NCBI GenBank assembly: GCA_051746725.1
Contig: JBNJFI010000054.1
Coordinates: 1 to 14,562, forward strand
Direction: 5' to 3'
From: Fusobacteriota bacterium
GTDB taxonomy: Bacteria; Fusobacteriota; Fusobacteriia; Fusobacteriales; JBNJFI01
Length of the DNA stretch: 14,562 nucleotides
Shown: in pieces, positions 9,775 through 14,562 of the stretch
How positions within the stretch are numbered: the stretch's first letter is position 1
Layout: each line of letters begins with the position of its first letter
Position numbers and translations under genes: made by a program
The notes under the pieces: generated by a model
What the model was told of the DNA's origin: nothing
The model's input: only the letters and a program-made list of their open reading frames with translations
Databases searched by the model: none

Positions 9775-10621
9775 AATTGGAGAATATATATTAATAAATT
9801 TTGGACTTATAATTTTAGCATTAGGATTAGTATTATTTTTAATTCCAGGAAAGATAGCAGCAGGTGGGGTTTCAGGATTAGCTACTGTAGTATATAATGT
9901 TTGGGGATTTCCTCCTGGGATATTTATGTTTTTATGTAATATACCTTTATTTATAATAGGATTTAAGATATTTGGAAAAAGTTATGGATTTAAAACTTTT
10001 TATGGATCTCTTATGGTTTCCGTATATACTGTTTTTTTCAGTAGAACTATTGGATTAGAAGGGGTTACTAACAATACACTTCTTGCAGCACTCTATGGTG
10101 GAATTTTTGCCGGTATTGGAGTTGGCGTATTAATGAAGCTTGGTGGAAGTACTGGTGGAACTGATATAATAGCTCAAATAATTCATAAATATCTAAAAAT
10201 TCAAATTGGTTATGCTATGATAACAGTTGATTCTTTTGTTCTAGGAACTGCTGCATTTGTTTTTGGATTTGAGCCTGCTCTTTATGCTGTTATCTCTCTA
10301 TATGCAAGTGGACGAGTAATAAATTTAATATTTAATGGTATGGATTATTCAAGAGTGGCATATATAATAACAGATAAGCATGAAGAAGTAAAACAACTTA
10401 TATTAGAAGAGCTTCAACATGGTGGAACAGTTATTCCTTCAAAGGGCTTATATACTAATGATGATAAAAATATAATTATGACAGTTGTTAGAAATCGATC
10501 AATTTTCCGACTAAAAGATCGAATTGAAAATATAGATGAAAATGCATTTATGATTATAACAGAGGCTCATGAAGTCTTAGGAGAAGGGTTTAAACCCTTA
10601 GTAAAGGAGAGAAATGGATAA
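9758..10621 (+). CDS. YitT-family (DUF161/DUF2179) membrane protein
   Basis: Multiple TM segments with GGVSGLA, NIPLF and GGSTGGTDI motifs. The soluble C-terminal domain ends IDENAFMIITEAHEVLGEGF. ATG at 9758 follows AAGGTG; overlaps hprK by 17 nt. Confidence 0.9.
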   Translation: MKHKTKIGEYILINFGLIILALGLVLFLIPGKIAAGGVSGLATVVYNVWGFPPGIFMFLCNIPLFIIGFKIFGKSYGFKTFYGSLMVSVYTVFFSRTIGLEGVTNNTLLAALYGGIFAGIGVGVLMKLGGSTGGTDIIAQIIHKYLKIQIGYAMITVDSFVLGTAAFVFGFEPALYAVISLYASGRVINLIFNGMDYSRVAYIITDKHEEVKQLILEELQHGGTVIPSKGLYTNDDKNIIMTVVRNRSIFRLKDRIENIDENAFMIITEAHEVLGEGFKPLVKERNG

Positions 10622-10967
10622 AATACTATTGAAAAATCTAAAAATTTACGGATATCATGGAGTTTTGGAAGAGGAAAAAAAATTAGGTCAAAATTTTTAT
10701 ATTGATTTAGAATTATTTTTAGACTTACAAGGTGCAGGAAAAACAGATGATTTAAAAGAAACTATTAATTATGCAGATATTTATAATAAAGTAGAACATA
10801 TTACTAAAACAAATAAATATGACTTAATAGAAACTTTAGCTGAGAATATTGCGAATTCTCTGTTATCAGAGTTTACTAAAATAAAAAATATTCGAGTTAA
10901 TATAAAAAAACCTCAAGCTCCAATAGATGGAAACTTTGATCATGTAGGAGTAGAGATTTATAGATAA
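10614..10967 (+). CDS. folB: Dihydroneopterin aldolase
   Basis: MDKI, YGYHGVLEEEKKLGQNF, TDDLKETINY, LIETLAE, KPQAPI and VGVEIYR. RBS AAGGAG. Confidence 0.96.
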   Translation: MDKILLKNLKIYGYHGVLEEEKKLGQNFYIDLELFLDLQGAGKTDDLKETINYADIYNKVEHITKTNKYDLIETLAENIANSLLSEFTKIKNIRVNIKKPQAPIDGNFDHVGVEIYR

Positions 10968-11011
10968 AAATTCAAATTATTTTTCTGCAATAGAATAGGA
11001 GTAACATATAT

Positions 11012-11896
11012 ATGAATAAAGTTTTTTTAAGTTTAGGTACTAATAGAGGAGATAAATTTTATAATCTTTTACAGGCGCTATCAAAGTTAGATAATAATTC
11101 TAATATAGATATTTTAAAAATATCTTCTTTTTATAAAACTGAGCCTGTGGGACCAGTGAAGCAAGATGATTTTATAAATATGGCTGCTTTAATAAGAACA
11201 AATTTTAAGCCATATAAATTATTAAAATTCATACATTACATAGAAAAAAAATTAAAAAGAAAAAGAGAAATTCACTGGGGACCAAGAACTATAGATATAG
11301 ATATTATTTTTTATGAGAATATTAAAATTAATCGACACGATTTAATTATTCCCCATAAAGAATTTAAAAATAGAGCTTTTGTATTAAAACCCTTATTGGA
11401 AATATCAACAGACAAAAAAATAAGAAAAAAACTATTAAAAAATTTAAAAAGAGCGACTGGTAATATTATAAAAATAAAATCTACGCCTAAAATAATAGTA
11501 AGTACTTGTTTGATGGGGATAAACTGTAAATATAATGGTGAAAATAACTATAGCCATTTTTTAGATGTACTCAAAGAAAAAATAAATCTAATAATGGTTT
11601 GTCCTGAAATATTAGGTGGAATGCCTACACCGAGAAATCCTGTTGAGATAAATCAAAACCGAAGAGTAAAAAGCAAAAAAGGAATCGATTATACATGGAA
11701 ATTCCAAAAAGGAGCCAGGGAAAGTTTAAAAATTGCAAAAAAAAATAATTGTAAACTAGCAATTTTAAAATCAAAAAGTCCTTCTTGTGGATACAGGGAG
11801 ATATATGATGGAACTTTTACAAAAAAGTTAATAAATGGCAATGGAATAGCCGCAGAGTATTTTTTAAAAAATGATATTAAAATTATATTGAAATGA
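11012..11896 (+). CDS. folK: Fusion of 6-hydroxymethyl-7,8-dihydropterin pyrophosphokinase (HPPK) and a C-terminal DUF523 (TudS-like [4Fe-4S] thiouracil desulfidase) domain
   Basis: The N-half has SLGTN, YKTEP, DFIN, R..HWGPRTIDIDI and PH. The C-half (from about 11486) has IIVSTCLMGINCKYNG, VCPEILGGMPTPR and ILKSKSPSCG..IYDGTF...GNG. One continuous frame. Confidence 0.88.
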   Translation: MNKVFLSLGTNRGDKFYNLLQALSKLDNNSNIDILKISSFYKTEPVGPVKQDDFINMAALIRTNFKPYKLLKFIHYIEKKLKRKREIHWGPRTIDIDIIFYENIKINRHDLIIPHKEFKNRAFVLKPLLEISTDKKIRKKLLKNLKRATGNIIKIKSTPKIIVSTCLMGINCKYNGENNYSHFLDVLKEKINLIMVCPEILGGMPTPRNPVEINQNRRVKSKKGIDYTWKFQKGARESLKIAKKNNCKLAILKSKSPSCGYREIYDGTFTKKLINGNGIAAEYFLKNDIKIILK

Positions 11897-11905
11897 GGTG
11901 AACAA

Positions 11906-12883
11906 ATGAATAAAGAACAAAATATGAAAAGTAAGAATGCAATATTAAAAAAAATTGATGAAAGTAAAAGGATTTTGATAACTGCTCATATAAATCCTGA
12001 TGGAGATGCTATTGGATCATCCTTAGCTCTGTTTTTAGCAATAAATAAATATTTAAAACTAAATGAAAAAATAGAACCTGTGGTAAGGATAATTTTAGAA
12101 GATAATACCCCAAGATATTTAAATTTTCTGAAAGGCATTGAAATGGTTGAAAAATTTTCAGATATAAATACAAAATATAAATTTGATGCAATAATTGCAT
12201 TGGATTGTGGTGAATTATCTAGAATTGGAAAAGTAGAAGAATTGATTTCTGAAGATACAACTGTAATTAATATAGATCATCATATTAGCAATAACAGATA
12301 TGGAGATATTAATTTAGTCGAAAATGTTTCTTCTACAAGTGAAATATTATATGATTTAATAAAGAACTTCAATATAGATATGGATACTGATATTGGAGAG
12401 GCATTATATACAGGGATTGCATTCGATACAGGGAACTTTTCATATAGTAATGTTTCAGATATAACTTTTCATATAGCTGCAAAACTGACAAAATTAGGCA
12501 TAGATAATGAAAAAATAAGTGAAGAACTATTTTCAAACAAGAGTATGAAAGAGTTAAGATTGCTTGGGTTGGCACTTGAAAATATGAAATATTACAAAGA
12601 GGAAAAATTAAATATATTTTATTTAAGAAAAGAGCAATATGAAAATAAGGAAGATACTGAGGGAATTGTAGAAGCCTTAAGAAGCTATGAAAAATGTAAA
12701 GTAGCACTTTTCTTAAGAGAAGAAGATGACGGAAAAATCAAGGGAAGTTTTAGATCTAAGGGTCCTGATGTTAATAAGATAGCCACAATGTTTGATGGTG
12801 GAGGTCACAAAAAAGCTGCAGGTTTCAAGACGGATAAGAAGTATAATGAAATTTTAGATATAGTATTAAAAAATTTAAGATAA
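11906..12883 (+). CDS. nrnA: DHH/DHHA1 family bifunctional oligoribonuclease/pAp phosphatase (NrnA-like)
   Basis: HINPDGDAIGS, LDCG, IDHH, DTGNF, SFRS and GGGHKKAAG motifs. RBS GAGGTG. Confidence 0.88.
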   Translation: MNKEQNMKSKNAILKKIDESKRILITAHINPDGDAIGSSLALFLAINKYLKLNEKIEPVVRIILEDNTPRYLNFLKGIEMVEKFSDINTKYKFDAIIALDCGELSRIGKVEELISEDTTVINIDHHISNNRYGDINLVENVSSTSEILYDLIKNFNIDMDTDIGEALYTGIAFDTGNFSYSNVSDITFHIAAKLTKLGIDNEKISEELFSNKSMKELRLLGLALENMKYYKEEKLNIFYLRKEQYENKEDTEGIVEALRSYEKCKVALFLREEDDGKIKGSFRSKGPDVNKIATMFDGGGHKKAAGFKTDKKYNEILDIVLKNLR

Positions 12884-12899
12884 AAAAGAGGAGATGTAA

Positions 12900-14486
12900 A
12901 TGGAAACGTTAAAGGAATTTAGAAACATGGGATTATCAGAAGAAATAATTGAGGCATTAAAGAAAAAAGGATTTGAGGAACCTACAGCTATTCAGAAGAA
13001 GGCTATTCCCTTATTATTAGAAGGTAAAACAGATTTAATAGGACAGGCTCAGACAGGAACTGGAAAAACTGCAGCATTTGGACTACCTATAATCGAGAAA
13101 TTAAAACCTAGTAAAAAAAGAGAAGTTCAGGCTTTAATTTTGACTCCAACAAGAGAGTTGGCAAATCAGGTTTCAGAAGAATTAAATTCATTAAAGGGAC
13201 ATAAAAACCTAACAGTTTTCCCAATATATGGTGGACAATCAATTGGTCGACAAATAAACAAATTAGAAAGAGGAGTAGATATTGTAGTTGGAACTCCTGG
13301 AAGATTAATTGACCTTATAGGACGAGGAAAATTAAAATTAGATAAAATAAAATATATGATATTAGATGAAGCAGATGAAATGTTAAATATGGGGTTTATA
13401 GACGACATTGAGGAGATATTAAAAGCCACTCCTAAAGAGCGGACGATGCTTTTATTTTCTGCAACTATGCCTAGAGCTATAAAAAATATAGCTAAACGAT
13501 ATATGAGAAATTATAAAGTAGTTTCTGTAAAAAACAAACAGTTAACAGCAGATTTAACAGAGCAAATATATTTTGAAGTTCCTAAAAGAGATAGATTTGA
13601 AGCTTTATCTAGAATTATTGATATAGAAGATGGATTTTATGGAATTGTATTTTGTAGAACAAAAGTAAATGTAGATAAAACTGCTAAAAGACTTAGAGGA
13701 CGAGGATATGATGCAGAAGCAATACATGGAGATATTCCTCAAAATAGAAGAGAAAGAGTTTTGGGAAGATTTAAAGACAAAGAAACTACAATTTTAGTTG
13801 GAACAGATGTTGCAGCTAGAGGAATTGATGTTGATGACTTGACACATGTAATTAATTATTCTTTACCTCAAAACCCAGAAAGTTATGTCCATAGAATAGG
13901 AAGAACTGGAAGAGCTGGAAAAAAAGGAACAGCTATCACTTTTATAAGTTCTTCAGAATATAGAAAATTATCTCAAATAAAGAGAAAAGCAAAAACAAAA
14001 ATAACAAAACAAAATGTACCTAAAGTGAGTGATGTTCTAGATTCACAAAAAGATAAATTAAAAGAAAATATAGATTTGATTTTGGAAAAAGACAAATTTG
14101 AAACTTATAATAAAATTGCAGAAGATCTTTTAGAAGGAAATGATCCAAAAGAGGTTTTAGCAGCTGTATTGAAACATACTCTTAAAGGAAAATTAACTAA
14201 AAAAGATTATATGAGTTCTAATAACGATAATGGAAAAATTGATCCAGGTGGTGTAACTAGACTGTTTATTGCTAAAGGAAGAAAAACAGGAATGGCACAT
14301 CCAAAAAAGTTAGTTAAATTTGTTCAAGATAGAGTTAATATTTCAAACAGAGAAATTGATGATATTAAAATACTAGATAAATTTTCTTTCATGACAGTTC
14401 CTTTCAAAAAAGGGGAAGAAATAATCCAAGCATTTAGCAGTGGTGGAGGAAGACCAGTTATTGAAAAAGCTAAAAGTAGTAAATAA
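12900..14486 (+). CDS. DEAD-box ATP-dependent RNA helicase (CshA/DeaD-like) with C-terminal DbpA-type RNA-binding domain
   Basis: Q motif GFEEPTAIQ, AQTGTGKT, PTRELA, TPGRL, DEAD, SAT, TDVAARGID and HRIGRTGRAG. The C-terminus is RLFIAKGRK...IDDIKILDKFSF. RBS GAGGAG. Confidence 0.96.
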   Translation: METLKEFRNMGLSEEIIEALKKKGFEEPTAIQKKAIPLLLEGKTDLIGQAQTGTGKTAAFGLPIIEKLKPSKKREVQALILTPTRELANQVSEELNSLKGHKNLTVFPIYGGQSIGRQINKLERGVDIVVGTPGRLIDLIGRGKLKLDKIKYMILDEADEMLNMGFIDDIEEILKATPKERTMLLFSATMPRAIKNIAKRYMRNYKVVSVKNKQLTADLTEQIYFEVPKRDRFEALSRIIDIEDGFYGIVFCRTKVNVDKTAKRLRGRGYDAEAIHGDIPQNRRERVLGRFKDKETTILVGTDVAARGIDVDDLTHVINYSLPQNPESYVHRIGRTGRAGKKGTAITFISSSEYRKLSQIKRKAKTKITKQNVPKVSDVLDSQKDKLKENIDLILEKDKFETYNKIAEDLLEGNDPKEVLAAVLKHTLKGKLTKKDYMSSNNDNGKIDPGGVTRLFIAKGRKTGMAHPKKLVKFVQDRVNISNREIDDIKILDKFSFMTVPFKKGEEIIQAFSSGGGRPVIEKAKSSK

Positions 14487-14501
14487 TATATAAAACAATA
14501 C

Positions 14502-14533
14502 AAAAAAGTTATGGATTTTTCCATAGCTTTTTT
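14502..14533 (+). terminator. Rho-independent terminator, potentially bidirectional
   Basis: AAAAAAGTTATGGA, loop TTTT, TCCATAGCTTTTTT (14-bp stem with one G-U pair), 15 nt after the helicase stop. Confidence 0.88.
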
Positions 14534-14562
14534 GATATATATTTAATTAACTGAACTTATTT

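Overview
AT-rich bacterial chromosomal window with every credible gene on the + strand, mostly housekeeping. The left block (28-3517) holds tyrA with a C-terminal ACT domain, a patatin-like phospholipase, a HAD hydrolase, and a probable outer-membrane beta-barrel gene broken by one in-frame TAA. A sigma70 extended -10 promoter (3557-3585) and a terminator-like leader hairpin (3616-3644) precede a tightly packed probable operon of about 10.8 kb. Its genes are pyrG, mtnN, folC, a SPOR-domain membrane protein, a two-domain hprK, a YitT-family membrane protein, folB, a folK-DUF523 (TudS-like) fusion, a DHH/DHHA1 phosphoesterase and a DEAD-box helicase, ending at an intrinsic terminator (14502-14533). 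Firmicute-like enzymes, an outer-membrane protein and a tandem HprK suggest Fusobacteriota (inference). No mobile elements, CRISPR arrays or RNA genes were seen. The most interesting points are: (1) the two HprK halves have lost complementary motifs, and a strong in-frame RBS+ATG sits at the domain junction; (2) the FolK-DUF523 fusion; (3) a pyrG attenuator-like leader lacking the Bacillus GGGC start; (4) the ochre-interrupted OMP.
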